A stretch of DNA of 49,488 bases, taken from contig CAXTOO010000002.1 of assembly GCA_964245875.1 (NCBI GenBank), positions 1-49,488 of the forward strand, given 5' to 3'. The notes under the pieces are model-generated. The model made no database searches. It saw only the letters and a list, made by a program, of their open reading frames with translations, and was not told where the DNA came from. Position numbers and translations under genes: made by a program. Shown here in pieces: positions 22,012 to 31,299 of the stretch (position 1 is the stretch's first letter; every line of letters starts with the position of its first letter). This DNA is from an uncultured Fimbriimonas sp. Lineage in GTDB: Bacteria; Armatimonadota; Fimbriimonadia; Fimbriimonadales; Fimbriimonadaceae.

Positions 22012-23931
22012 CTATTGGACGAGGGACAGAACCTCCTCGAACGCATGATCCTCAGCCGCGCCGAAGAGGCGGTTGCGGGTGAGCCTCGCCTTGGAGAGCG
22101 AAGGGCTGGTGAGACCGCAGAGGAAGCGGGCGCGTTGACGGGGCGTGCCGAGGGCGGCGGGGTTCGCGTCGGCGAGGGCGTTCAGCTCGCCGAGGGGAAC
22201 GATCTCCTCTAGTGGAGCGATGGGCGGCACGGGGGGCATGATCGCCGCGCGACCCGTCCGGCAGAACGAGCAGTGACCGCAGGGAGTCTCGCGCACCTCG
22301 CCGAAGTAGCCGACGAGGAGATTCGTCAGGCACTCGGACGCCTGCATCAGCGCGGGAACGCGAGCGAGGCGCTCCTGCTCGCCTCGTTCCCGCGCCTCGA
22401 ACTTCGCGGTGAGGTCTGAGGCAAGCTCGTGCGCCCGCTCGGGGCCGACAAGGCGATGGTACCGGTCCCGCAGGTCGCTGGCCTTCAGCTCGACGAGGCC
22501 ACGCTCCGCGAGCACGTCAAGGGCACGGACAACGCGCTTGCGCTCGACCGCGAGCTTCGCGGCGGTCGCGTCGGGATCGACGCCGTACCACCTGGTTCCC
22601 CGCCGTGCCGCCCGAACGATTCCCGCGACGAACTCGCCCGCCGACCCCTCGAACGCGCCCAGCACCGCATCGATCCCCTTCAGGGGCCGGAAGTCGTAGC
22701 CCGCGTAGAAGGGCGTCCCCTTCCGCAGCGCGCCCGCGAGCTCCAGATAGGTCAGTGCGGTGCGCAGCACGAGCGGTCGGAGGTCGTGGCGACCGCCTAG
22801 GTCGAACGGCGCGACGTCGATCGTCTCCGGGCCGCCCAGAAGCTCTGCGACGAGCGCCCGCAACGACGCGGGTTCGGGCGTGTCCCCGTAGGCGAAGTTC
22901 GCGAGGGTCGGGAGGTCGGCGGCGCAGGCGAGCGTCTCGACCGTCGATGGGGCGCCGTCGCGCCCCGCGCGGCCCATCTCCTGCGAGTACGATTCCAGGC
23001 TCTTGGGCAGGTTGAAATGGTAGACGTACCGGACGTCGGACTTGTCGATGCCCATGCCGAAGGCGATAGTGGCGACGACGATCGCGCCAGACTCCTCCAT
23101 CCACCATTCCTGGGTGCGCTCCCGGTTCTCGGTCTCCATGCCCGCGTGATAGGCGCGAGCTGGCAGTCCTTCGGCAGCGAGGCGCGTGGCGACGGTCTCG
23201 GCGCTCTTCTGGAGCGTGACGTAGACGATGCTCGCGCCTGGCGGTCGCTTCTTCAGGCGCTTCACCAGCTTGCCTACCCGCTCCTGCGGGGTCACCGGGG
23301 TGACGATGAGGTTGAGGTTCGGGCGGTAGAAGCCGGTGAGGGCCACGCCCGTTTCGGGGATGCGGAAGGCGGCGCAGATGTCCTTCACGACCGCCGGGGT
23401 AGCGGTCGCGGTGAGGGCGAGGACGCGCTTCGCGCCCAGGGCGCGGGCGGTGTCCGCGAGCTTGAGGTAGTCAGGCCGGAAGTTGTGGCCCCACTCCGAG
23501 ATGCAGTGGGCCTCGTCCACGGCGAACAGGCCGATGGGCGTACGGCCGAGTTCGGCCAGGAATCGCTCGTTGTTGAACCGCTCGGGCGCGACGTAGAGGA
23601 GCTTCAGGTCGCCGGAGACCATGCGGGCGCTGACGTCGCGAACCTCATCGAAGGTGAGCGTGGAGTCGAGCCGCGCGGCAGGGACGCCGCGCCGGGTGAG
23701 GAAGTCGATCTGGTCCTTCATCAGAGCCAGCAGGGGCGAGACGACGACGGTGACGCCTTCGATGGTGAGAGCGGGAAGCTGGTAGCAGAGCGACTTGCCG
23801 CCGCCCGTCGGGAACACGGCGAGGGCCGCGTTGTCGCGCATCAGCGCCTCGATCGCCTCGGCTTGGCCCGGTCGGAAGGCGTCGAAGCCGAAGCGCTCCT
23901 TGAGCAGGGCGAGGTGGTCGGCGGCGGGCAC
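22012..23931 (-). CDS. RecQ-family ATP-dependent DNA helicase (no HRDC recognised)
   Basis: PTGGGKSLCYQ, DEAHCISEWGHNFRP, QEMGRAGRDG, CGHCSFC; GTG start inferred. Confidence 0.93.
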   Translation of the reverse strand: MPAADHLALLKERFGFDAFRPGQAEAIEALMRDNAALAVFPTGGGKSLCYQLPALTIEGVTVVVSPLLALMKDQIDFLTRRGVPAARLDSTLTFDEVRDVSARMVSGDLKLLYVAPERFNNERFLAELGRTPIGLFAVDEAHCISEWGHNFRPDYLKLADTARALGAKRVLALTATATPAVVKDICAAFRIPETGVALTGFYRPNLNLIVTPVTPQERVGKLVKRLKKRPPGASIVYVTLQKSAETVATRLAAEGLPARAYHAGMETENRERTQEWWMEESGAIVVATIAFGMGIDKSDVRYVYHFNLPKSLESYSQEMGRAGRDGAPSTVETLACAADLPTLANFAYGDTPEPASLRALVAELLGGPETIDVAPFDLGGRHDLRPLVLRTALTYLELAGALRKGTPFYAGYDFRPLKGIDAVLGAFEGSAGEFVAGIVRAARRGTRWYGVDPDATAAKLAVERKRVVRALDVLAERGLVELKASDLRDRYHRLVGPERAHELASDLTAKFEARERGEQERLARVPALMQASECLTNLLVGYFGEVRETPCGHCSFCRTGRAAIMPPVPPIAPLEEIVPLGELNALADANPAALGTPRQRARFLCGLTSPSLSKARLTRNRLFGAAEDHAFEEVLSLVQ

Positions 23932-23944
23932 GGGCCAGTTTGAC

Positions 23945-24087
23945 ACCTTCGAAAAAGTTACGTTTTTGTTCGGGGCTTTTGGGTAGGGCTTTGGGCCTAC
24001 TTTTGTTCTGGAGGGTTGGCGCGTTCTTCCGGAGCAAACGCGGAGGCACGAAGGAGACACCAGGGCACTTTGGATTGGCAGTCAATA
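23945..24087 (-). repeat. Dispersed non-coding element family A, copy 2
   Basis: Minus strand TTGAC...GCCAACC-N13-GTAGGCCCAAAGCCCTACC...TTTTCGA. Confidence 0.6.
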
Positions 24088-24193
24088 CCTAACGCGCGGA
24101 GATCAAGAATAATCGACGATGGGGCCATTTTCGTGGTTGCACGGTTCCACGCCAGCACAAGTGCATCCGGCGTTACAGGGTTGGCGGATGACC

Positions 24194-25261
24194 TTACACT
24201 CGCGGCTCGGCGAGGGTCGCGGCGGGTTCGATCAGGTGAGGAAGAACGCGGCGAAACGCCTCCACGATGTCCGGGTCGAACTGCGTTCCGGCGTTCCGCT
24301 GGAGCTCGAGGATCGCCGCCTCGATGGGGATCGCGCGGCGGTAGGGGCGGTCGCTGGTCATCGCGTCGAAGGCGTCGGCGACGGCGACGATGCGACCTTC
24401 GAGAGGAATCTCCACGCGGCACATGCCGCAGGGATAGCCGCCGCCGTTCCACCATTCGTGGTGGGTCAGTGCGATCTGGCGGGCCATTCGCATGACGGGC
24501 TCGGTGCAGTCGTTGAGGATCGCCGCGCCAATGGTCGTGTGCTCGCGCATCACGTTCCGCTCCTCGTCGCTGAGCGGTCCCCCCTTCAGGAGGATCGTGT
24601 CGGGGACGCCGATCTTGCCGAGGTCGTGCAGTAGGGCGGCGGTACCGATGGCCTCGACGAAAGAGGCGTCCTCGCCCAGCGACTCGGCGATCACGGAGCA
24701 GAGGCGTCCGACCCGGCGGGTATGCTCGCCCGTCTGGTCGTCGCGGAACTCGGCGGCGAGGGCGAGCCGCTCGAGCACCTCGCGCCGCGCGGCCTGGAGT
24801 TGACGGGTGCGGACGCGCACGGTCTCCTCGAGCCACGACTTCTGGCGCTGGACCTGACGGTAGAGCTGCTGCGTTCGGACGACGTTGCGAACCCGCAGAA
24901 GAAGCTCCGGCATGTCGAAGTCCTTCCGAAGGAAGTCCGCGACGCCCGCTTCCAGAGCCTGCTCCTTGACGGCGTCGCCGGCGTCGCCGGTGAGCATGAT
25001 GATCGGCACGTAGCGGAAGTCGCCCTCGATCTCGCGGAACCGCTCCATGAGCACGAAGCCGTCGAGAGGCGGCATTCGCAGGTCGAGAAGAACGATGTCG
25101 GGCCGGAAGTCGCGATAGACCGAGGCGGCGGTAAAGGGATCGCTGACGCAGGCGGTGTGCTGGACTCCTGCCCGGCGAAGGGCCTTGTCCAGAAGCACCA
25201 GACTGTTCTCGTCGTCATCGACGAGGAGGATGCGGGCATGAGTCAGTTCTTCTAGAGACAT
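24194..25261 (-). CDS. Response regulator receiver + HD-GYP phosphodiesterase (RpfG-like)
   Basis: ILLVDDD, DLRMP, HDLGK, HHEWWNGGGYP. Confidence 0.93.
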   Translation of the reverse strand: MSLEELTHARILLVDDDENSLVLLDKALRRAGVQHTACVSDPFTAASVYRDFRPDIVLLDLRMPPLDGFVLMERFREIEGDFRYVPIIMLTGDAGDAVKEQALEAGVADFLRKDFDMPELLLRVRNVVRTQQLYRQVQRQKSWLEETVRVRTRQLQAARREVLERLALAAEFRDDQTGEHTRRVGRLCSVIAESLGEDASFVEAIGTAALLHDLGKIGVPDTILLKGGPLSDEERNVMREHTTIGAAILNDCTEPVMRMARQIALTHHEWWNGGGYPCGMCRVEIPLEGRIVAVADAFDAMTSDRPYRRAIPIEAAILELQRNAGTQFDPDIVEAFRRVLPHLIEPAATLAEPRV

Positions 25262-25384
25262 CGGAGACTACACGTTCCCTCAGAGGACGGGATTTGAATC
25301 CCATCTATTTCGACAGTATAGGCAAGGTTTGGAATATCTGGAGAAAATGATCGTCCTTTTCACACAGACTTAATGTCAGACGGC

Positions 25385-26860
25385 TTACATGAGAAAGAGG
25401 TCGCGGTATTTCGCGCCCAATCCTGCAAGATAGTCCTCGGCTCCCATCGGTTTGCCCGTGATCTCCCGGACCAGCGTCTTCGGCGGGACGGAGCGACCCT
25501 TGGCATACAGCTTGTCGGTCAGCCAGCCGTGGATCGCGGCGAAGTCTCCCGCCTCGATCAGCGCGTCGGTGTCGCCAAGGTCCTTCCGGAGCGAAGCCCA
25601 GATTTGGTAGCTGAGGAGATTGCCCATGCTGTACGTCGGGAAGTAGCCGATGCTCCCCATGCTCCAGTGGACGTCCTGCAGACATCCGTCCGAATCGGAC
25701 GGAGGTCGGATGCCGAGGTACGCCTCGTACTTCGAGTTCCAGGCGTCGGGAAGGTCGCGCACGGCGAGCGTCCCGGTGAGGATGTCGCACTCGATCTCGA
25801 ACCGGACGAGGACGTGGAGGTTGTAGGTGAGTTCGTCCGCCTCCACGCGGATCAGGGTCGGCTCGACTTTGTTGACGGTGCGGTAGAACGACTCGGGCGT
25901 CTGCGAGGCCAGCGCGGGGAACCGGCTTTGGAGGGCGGGCAGGAAGCGGCGCCAGAACGGCAGGCCCCGGCCCACGATGTTCTCCCAGAGGCGCGACTGG
26001 CTCTCGTGCAGGCCCAGCGAGACGCCCCCCGCGAGAGGCGTGAGGTCCCACTTCTCGGGCGAGCCCTGCTCGTACATCCCGTGGCCCGCCTCGTGGAGCG
26101 AGCCGAAGATCGCGCTGGGGAGGTAAGGCTTGTAGCGGGTGGTGAGGCGGACGTCGTTGACCGACCAGCCGGTGCAGAAAGGATGGGGCGCGGTGTCCTG
26201 GCGTCCTCGTCCGAAGTCGAATCCGATCGCCTTCACGGCCTCCTCGGTGAACGCCTTCTGCGCGGCTTGGTCCCATTCGCCGTAGAGTGCCGAGTCGTCT
26301 ACCGGGCCGACGGCGACCACAGCCTTGACGAGCTCGACCTGCGGCCCCTTGATCGCCTCGAACATCGCCCTGGCGTCGGCGGCGGTCGCGCCCTCCTCGT
26401 ACTGGTCGAGGAGGGCGTCGTAGATGCTGTCCTTGTAGCCCAGGTGCTCGGCCTCCTGCCGGGCGATCTCGAACATCCGCTCCAGGAGAGGCGCGAAGGT
26501 GGCGAAGTCGTTCTCGGCGCGGGCCTCCACCCAGGCCTCGTGGGCGATCGCGCCGAGGCGGGTCTTTTCCGCAACGAGCTTGGAGGGCAGCTTGGTCGCG
26601 AGGTCGAGGTCGCGGCCGACGACGCGCAACATGGCCACGTCGTCGCCCTCACCCTCGGCCTCTTGGACGAGGCGCCGGGTCTCGTCCGAGGTGAACGTCT
26701 CGTGGGCGAGCTTGCTCAGCCGTCCCAGGTGCTCGGCCCTCGCCTCGGCCCCGCCCTTGGGCATGAAGGTCTGCTGGTCCCACTCCATGAGGGAGGCGGC
26801 GCAGCGCAGGGCGTTGACGTCGGCGAGCACGTCCTTGAGGCTTTCGAGGGACGAGGGCAT
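25385..26860 (-). CDS. Carboxypeptidase, M32 (Taq) family
   Basis: HPFC, DVRLTTR, HEAGHGMYEQ, HESQSR, IRVEADE, GCLQDVHW, GYFPTY. Confidence 0.95.
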   Translation of the reverse strand: MPSSLESLKDVLADVNALRCAASLMEWDQQTFMPKGGAEARAEHLGRLSKLAHETFTSDETRRLVQEAEGEGDDVAMLRVVGRDLDLATKLPSKLVAEKTRLGAIAHEAWVEARAENDFATFAPLLERMFEIARQEAEHLGYKDSIYDALLDQYEEGATAADARAMFEAIKGPQVELVKAVVAVGPVDDSALYGEWDQAAQKAFTEEAVKAIGFDFGRGRQDTAPHPFCTGWSVNDVRLTTRYKPYLPSAIFGSLHEAGHGMYEQGSPEKWDLTPLAGGVSLGLHESQSRLWENIVGRGLPFWRRFLPALQSRFPALASQTPESFYRTVNKVEPTLIRVEADELTYNLHVLVRFEIECDILTGTLAVRDLPDAWNSKYEAYLGIRPPSDSDGCLQDVHWSMGSIGYFPTYSMGNLLSYQIWASLRKDLGDTDALIEAGDFAAIHGWLTDKLYAKGRSVPPKTLVREITGKPMGAEDYLAGLGAKYRDLFLM

Positions 26861-26909
26861 GAAGGGAGGGTACCTAGGTGACGGGTGACGGATGGAAAGG
26901 GCGGTTCCA

Positions 26910-27136
26910 GGAAGCGTTTTCGACGTTCGCAATCCGTTGCATGCTTGCAAACCGGGGTCGAAGTGCTATCAAATTGGATCTCTTTCAGGTTCAAGGCCAC
27001 GGAAGGAGGCAAGGCTGGAGAAAATTTGTTCAGATTGGAAGACTCGCGCGTCGCGGGTCGGCCGCGGGTCTCGCGACGTGAGTTCGATGTTAGGACGGGC
27101 GCACTCTCCTTGCCGGCGAGCGAGCGAAAAGTCAAC
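26910..27136 (-). repeat. Dispersed non-coding element family B, copy 2
   Basis: Reverse complement aligns block-wise with 13257-13460, including 21-nt and 12-nt exact matches. Confidence 0.85.
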
Positions 27137-27196
27137 CTTCGATTCCTTTTCTCCTTGGGCAAAGGGAAAGCAGCCGCAAAGACGGTTCGTTCCACT

Positions 27197-27285
27197 GCAG
27201 GGCAAGCCCTGCCGCTGCGGAGGGCATCCGGGGCGCGCGAGCAAGCTCGCGGACGAAAAGCGGGAGCAAGCTCCCGCACTCCCAA
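27197..27285 (-). repeat. REP cluster upstream of recQ
   Basis: gcagggcaagccctgccgctgc (copy of the 11960 REP), cgcgagcaagctcgcg, gcgggagcaagctcccgcactcc palindromes. Confidence 0.65.
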
Positions 27286-27373
27286 AGAGGTTTTAGAGGG
27301 GGTGCATCTTGCCCTTTCCCTCTTTCCTACGCCGCCTTCGCCATGGGACGGACGTACACTAATTCTAGTGCCG

Positions 27374-29185
27374 ATGGAAACCGCCCTCGCCGTCCTGAGC
27401 CGCGTGTTCGGCCACGCCGCGTTCCGCTCGCCGCAGGACGAGGTGATCGAGAAGGTGCTGCAGCGGCGCGATGTGCTCTGCGTGATGCCGACGGGTGGCG
27501 GCAAGTCGCTCTGCTACCAGCTTCCGGCGCTCCTCGGCGACGGGCTGACGGTCGTCGTGTCGCCGCTGATCTCGCTGATGAAGGACCAGGTCGACGCGCT
27601 GAAGCAGATGGGCGTGGCGGCGGAGGCGTACAACTCGTCGGTCGGGGAGAAGGAGTCGCGCTCGATCCTCGCGAGGCTCCACGCGGGCGAGCTCTCGCTG
27701 CTGTACGTCGCGCCGGAGCGGCTGATGAGCCCGGAGTTCCAGAAGCGGTTGGAGACGGTGGGCGTTTCGCTCTTCGCGATCGACGAGGCGCACTGCGTCT
27801 CGTCCTGGGGCCACGATTTCCGGCCCGAGTACGTGCAGCTCGGATTGCTCAAGCACCGCTTCCCAGACGTGCCGACGATCGCGCTCACCGCGACCGCGGA
27901 CTCGGTGACGCGCAGCGACATCGTGACGCAGCTCAACCTGAGCGACCACGCGGAGTTCGTCGCGGGCTTCGACCGACCGAACATCCGTTACACGGTCGCG
28001 GAGAAGAGCAAGCCGGCGGCCCAGCTCGCGGCGTTCGTGAAGGCGCGTGAGGGCGACTGCGGGATCGTGTACTGCCTCTCGCGGCGGCGCGTGGAGGAGG
28101 TGACCGAGGACCTGAAGGCGCTCGGGGTGCCGGCGGCGGCGTACCATGCGGGACTCGCGACGGCGGAGCGGGCGCGGGTGCAGGAGGCGTTCCAGAACGA
28201 CGACGTGCGGGTGGTGGTCGCCACGGTCGCCTTCGGGATGGGGATCGACAAGCCGAACGTGCGGTTCGTCGTCCACCACGACATGCCGAAGAACGTCGAG
28301 GGCTACTACCAGGAGACGGGCCGCGCCGGGCGCGACGGGCTGCCGAGCGAGGCGCTCCTCCTGTACGGCCTGCAGGACGTGGCGATGGCGCGGAGTCTCA
28401 TCGAGACCTCGGAGAACCCGCGCCAGAAGCAGCTCGAGCTGCGCAAGCTCCAGTCGATGGTGGACGTCGCGGAGTCTTTGGCTTGTCGACGGCGCGCGCT
28501 CCTCCAGTACTTCGGGCAGCCCCTGCCGGTGGACTGCGGCAATTGCGACGTGTGCCTCGATCCGCCGGAGCGCTACGACGCGACGCAGGACGCGAAGCTC
28601 GCGATGATGACGATCTACCGGACCGGGCAACGGTTCGGCATCGCGCACCTGATCGAGGTGTTGCGAGGCTCAAGTGGGCAGAGGGTGCTGCAGTTCGGCC
28701 ACGAGCGGCTGGACGTGTGGGGCAAGGGCGGGCATTGGACGGGCGACGAGTGGGGATCAATCCTGCGGCAGCTGTTGCATCGGGGCTACCTCTTCCAGGA
28801 CCTTGCGCACTACGGCGTGATCAAGCTCACGCCCCTGACGAAGCCGGTCCTGCGCGAGGGCGAGGCGGTCGAGCTTGCGCGTCCGCGCGTGAAGCTGAAG
28901 CTGGAGCGGCGCGAGCGGTCGACGGCGCGGGTGGCGGAGCGGCGGGCGAAGTACGACGTCGGCAAGATCGATTCGGGGCTTTTCCAGTCCTTGCGGGCGT
29001 TGCGGAAGGAGCTGGCGACGGCGCAGGGGGTGCCGCCCTACGTGGTGTTCTCCGACGCGACCCTGGAGGAGATGTCGGCGCGGCGTCCGAGGACGGCGGA
29101 GGAGCTGCTGACGGTGGGCGGGGTGGGCGAGACGAAGCTCGCGCGCTACGGGGAGGAGTTCCTGCGGGTGCTGACGGCGGCGTAA
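27374..29185 (+). CDS. recQ: ATP-dependent DNA helicase RecQ
   Basis: MPTGGGKSLCYQ, DEAHCVSSWGHDFRP, QETGRAGRDG, CGNCDVC, RQC and HRDC (VPPYVVFSDATL) domains; in-frame GTG at 27368 is an alternative start. Confidence 0.97.
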   Translation: METALAVLSRVFGHAAFRSPQDEVIEKVLQRRDVLCVMPTGGGKSLCYQLPALLGDGLTVVVSPLISLMKDQVDALKQMGVAAEAYNSSVGEKESRSILARLHAGELSLLYVAPERLMSPEFQKRLETVGVSLFAIDEAHCVSSWGHDFRPEYVQLGLLKHRFPDVPTIALTATADSVTRSDIVTQLNLSDHAEFVAGFDRPNIRYTVAEKSKPAAQLAAFVKAREGDCGIVYCLSRRRVEEVTEDLKALGVPAAAYHAGLATAERARVQEAFQNDDVRVVVATVAFGMGIDKPNVRFVVHHDMPKNVEGYYQETGRAGRDGLPSEALLLYGLQDVAMARSLIETSENPRQKQLELRKLQSMVDVAESLACRRRALLQYFGQPLPVDCGNCDVCLDPPERYDATQDAKLAMMTIYRTGQRFGIAHLIEVLRGSSGQRVLQFGHERLDVWGKGGHWTGDEWGSILRQLLHRGYLFQDLAHYGVIKLTPLTKPVLREGEAVELARPRVKLKLERRERSTARVAERRAKYDVGKIDSGLFQSLRALRKELATAQGVPPYVVFSDATLEEMSARRPRTAEELLTVGGVGETKLARYGEEFLRVLTAA

Positions 29186-29205
29186 CGGACTCTGTTCGGG
29201 TGGAA

Positions 29206-30198
29206 CTACAAGCCCGTCCGTTTTTTACTGCGGCGCTTGAGGGTGATGGCTGAACCAACAACACATAGGCCTGCGAAACCAAAGATGAAGAGAGGAGAAG
29301 CCAGTCCATACTTCTGGTTGAGGGCTTCGGTGAAAACGGGATCAAGAACGAGCTTGCCATCTACGATACGATAGATCTTATGGGTGATGTTATCGCGCAC
29401 AAGCCCTTTCTTGCCCCAGTGCATCACAAAATCGTTGGACTGTGGCGTCCCCTCATACTGTAGCGCGGTCGTAAGCCTCTTGACCTCTTGACCTTTGTCG
29501 TACCATACGGTGAGTGCATCGGATGGTAGCTCCGCACCTTGCACCTGTCGCGATGCTCCGAGACTTCCTCGCACGACAAGGTTTCCGCCCCGCTCCAAGG
29601 CCCAAGACCTGACGACTCCGGTGCTCGGGTCGCAATCAAGCCTCATCTCCCCTGATCCGTAGCCCCACCTTACTGTCTGTACTTCCTGCGATGCATTTAA
29701 GGTCGCATCCGAAGGCACCACGACGTCCCACGGGCGACCGTCTCGCATAAAGTAGCCCATGAGGGCATCTGGCATCCAAAACACCTTAAACTCTTCGGGG
29801 CTATCTATAGTGCCTTGGTACCCGTGTCCAACCGCCGAGTAGGCTTTGTCGCCATTGATCAGGTAACGAAAGTCCTGCTCAACATCAGGAACGTCTCGGC
29901 CTGAGCGCTTCTCGCAAGAGACTGAAACCTTGCCACCGCTGTATGCGAGCAAGGTCTGGCGATGCGCGTTGCGGTCGCCCCAACTGAGCTCCATCACCCC
30001 AGGATCCTGAAGGGCAGAAGATTCCTGGCGGACGTGGAACTCCTCGTCCGCCACGCACTTGAAGGCAGGCAACCTCTCTCTCGATTCAATAAGCTTATGT
30101 CGCCAAGCTTCGAGGTCCTGCCCGTAAGCGGGAGCCGCGAGGAGAATGGCGATCACGGGGACCGCTACCTTGATTGTGTACGAGAGGGTCGCCATCAT
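29206..30198 (-). CDS. Exported hypothetical protein with C-terminal TM anchor
   Basis: Signal peptide (AILLAAPAYG), beta-rich middle, C-terminal hydrophobic helix followed by KRRSKKR. Confidence 0.8.
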   Translation of the reverse strand: MMATLSYTIKVAVPVIAILLAAPAYGQDLEAWRHKLIESRERLPAFKCVADEEFHVRQESSALQDPGVMELSWGDRNAHRQTLLAYSGGKVSVSCEKRSGRDVPDVEQDFRYLINGDKAYSAVGHGYQGTIDSPEEFKVFWMPDALMGYFMRDGRPWDVVVPSDATLNASQEVQTVRWGYGSGEMRLDCDPSTGVVRSWALERGGNLVVRGSLGASRQVQGAELPSDALTVWYDKGQEVKRLTTALQYEGTPQSNDFVMHWGKKGLVRDNITHKIYRIVDGKLVLDPVFTEALNQKYGLASPLFIFGFAGLCVVGSAITLKRRSKKRTGL

Positions 30199-30206
30199 TC
30201 AGCCGA

Positions 30207-30527
30207 TCAGCATCCGTAACCGTAGACGAACTTCTCGGAATTAAAGATGCTACAGTGAGTGTCGTCGTAGTCGATGTGGTGATTACAGAGACGCCACGAC
30301 ATCGTGCAGTCTCCGGTGCCGCCCGAGCCGGTATCGCAGGCTCCAGCCGCGTACCAGTAGTCGTACACGTGCGAGATCCAAGAGCATCCGTTGGCATTGT
30401 TGCAGGACTGGTTCGGCTTGCACGTGGCACCAGCGACGGTGTAAGCCGGGTGGGTCTGAGTGCCTCCGTAGGTCGTGGCCACCGCGAGGAGCAGCAGGAG
30501 GGAGATGGGCGAGAGTTTTCTGATCAT
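30207..30527 (-). CDS. Secreted cysteine-rich peptide (106 aa, 8 Cys)
   Basis: MIRKLSPISLLLLLAVATTYG signal; SD-like AGAGGT; ATGA overlap with the upstream mauE-like gene. Confidence 0.8.
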   Translation of the reverse strand: MIRKLSPISLLLLLAVATTYGGTQTHPAYTVAGATCKPNQSCNNANGCSWISHVYDYWYAAGACDTGSGGTGDCTMSWRLCNHHIDYDDTHCSIFNSEKFVYGYGC

Positions 30528-30958
30528 CGGCTTACCTCTTTGGACAAGGCGACGTAGCTGAGCACCAGCGTAGCGAGAGAGATGGCTAGCGATACAGGTG
30601 CGGTCATCTTGAAGATCACACCGAAGCAAGCACAAGGAACCCCTATGCCGTGGAGCATCCGCCACGAATTGTATGCAGAGAAGACTGCGAATAGCGACAA
30701 AGCACCCCATAACCCAAGGCCCCGCAATTTTGGGATGCACAAGGCCACAGAAAGAGCAATCTCCAACGGCGGCACACTAATCGCGATTCACGGCACGAGC
30801 CATGAGGGAAAGATCTGCGCCTTGTACAAGACCTGTTCCAATTGGCTCTCGGAGGTGAGCTTCGCGATACCTGCGATGGCTAGCACCGCAGCCAGCAGCA
30901 AACTCAACCATACTTTAACGGCACTTCGAGCAAGCGTATGGTTGTTTCTCGCCTCCAC
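30524..30958 (-). pseudogene. MauE/DoxX-family membrane protein with one in-frame TGA
   Basis: LAAVLAIAGIAKL...WLVP*IAISVPPLEIAL...VPCACFG in one frame; TGA at 30788-30790. Confidence 0.75.
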
Positions 30959-31060
30959 CACGAAGAGGAATATACAAAGAGAATTGTTCGGACGAAAGAA
31001 GATTAGGTTATTTGTCTTTTTCTCAGCAATTTGATGATATGAGGCGAGTGGTGAGTCAAG

Positions 31061-31138
31061 TTGACCGTCGGCGGGGTGGGCGAGACGAAGCTCGCGAGGT
31101 ACGGCCAGGAGTTCCTGCGGGTGCTGGTTTCGGCGTAG
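31061..31138 (+). repeat. Duplicate of the recQ 3' end (25 codons + stop)
   Basis: LTVGGVGETKLARYGQEFLRVLVSA* versus recQ LTVGGVGETKLARYGEEFLRVLTAA*; 27-nt and 20-nt exact blocks. Confidence 0.93.
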
Positions 31139-31148
31139 CGGAGGCGAA

Positions 31149-31291
31149 GTGGCGCAGGCCTCCGTGCCTGCGAATGCGAGGGTTGCTTTCGCAGGCACCT
31201 CCTTCGAGACCCTTGCGGTATATGTCCGACGCGTGGTCGTGTGCGTGCGAATGCGGGGGTTGGCTTTCGCAGGCACGGAGGCCTGCGCCAC
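31149..31291. repeat. REPIN/MITE-like inverted REP pair
   Basis: GTGGCGCAGGCCTCCGTGCCTGCG...CGCAGGCACGGAGGCCTGCGCCAC with an internal direct repeat tgcgaatgcg.gggtt(g)gctttcgcaggcac. Confidence 0.85.
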
Positions 31292-31299
31292 AATCATTC

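Larger units (their letters stand above)
29186..31138. mobile_element. Lower-GC islet without integrase, inserted at the recQ 3' end
   Basis: Abrupt codon-usage/GC shift; bounded by a diverged direct repeat, 29108-29185 versus 31061-31138. Confidence 0.75.

Noticed and set aside
26885-27367. N-terminal extensions of recQ (766 aa) and of the carboxypeptidase
   Set aside because: These are translations of non-coding repeats (family B and REPs) that happen to be open.
30788-30790. Selenocysteine or genetic-code 4/25 recoding of TGA
   Set aside because: TGA is the true stop of hen1, motA, frr and others. The position is not a redox Cys motif and no SECIS was recognised.
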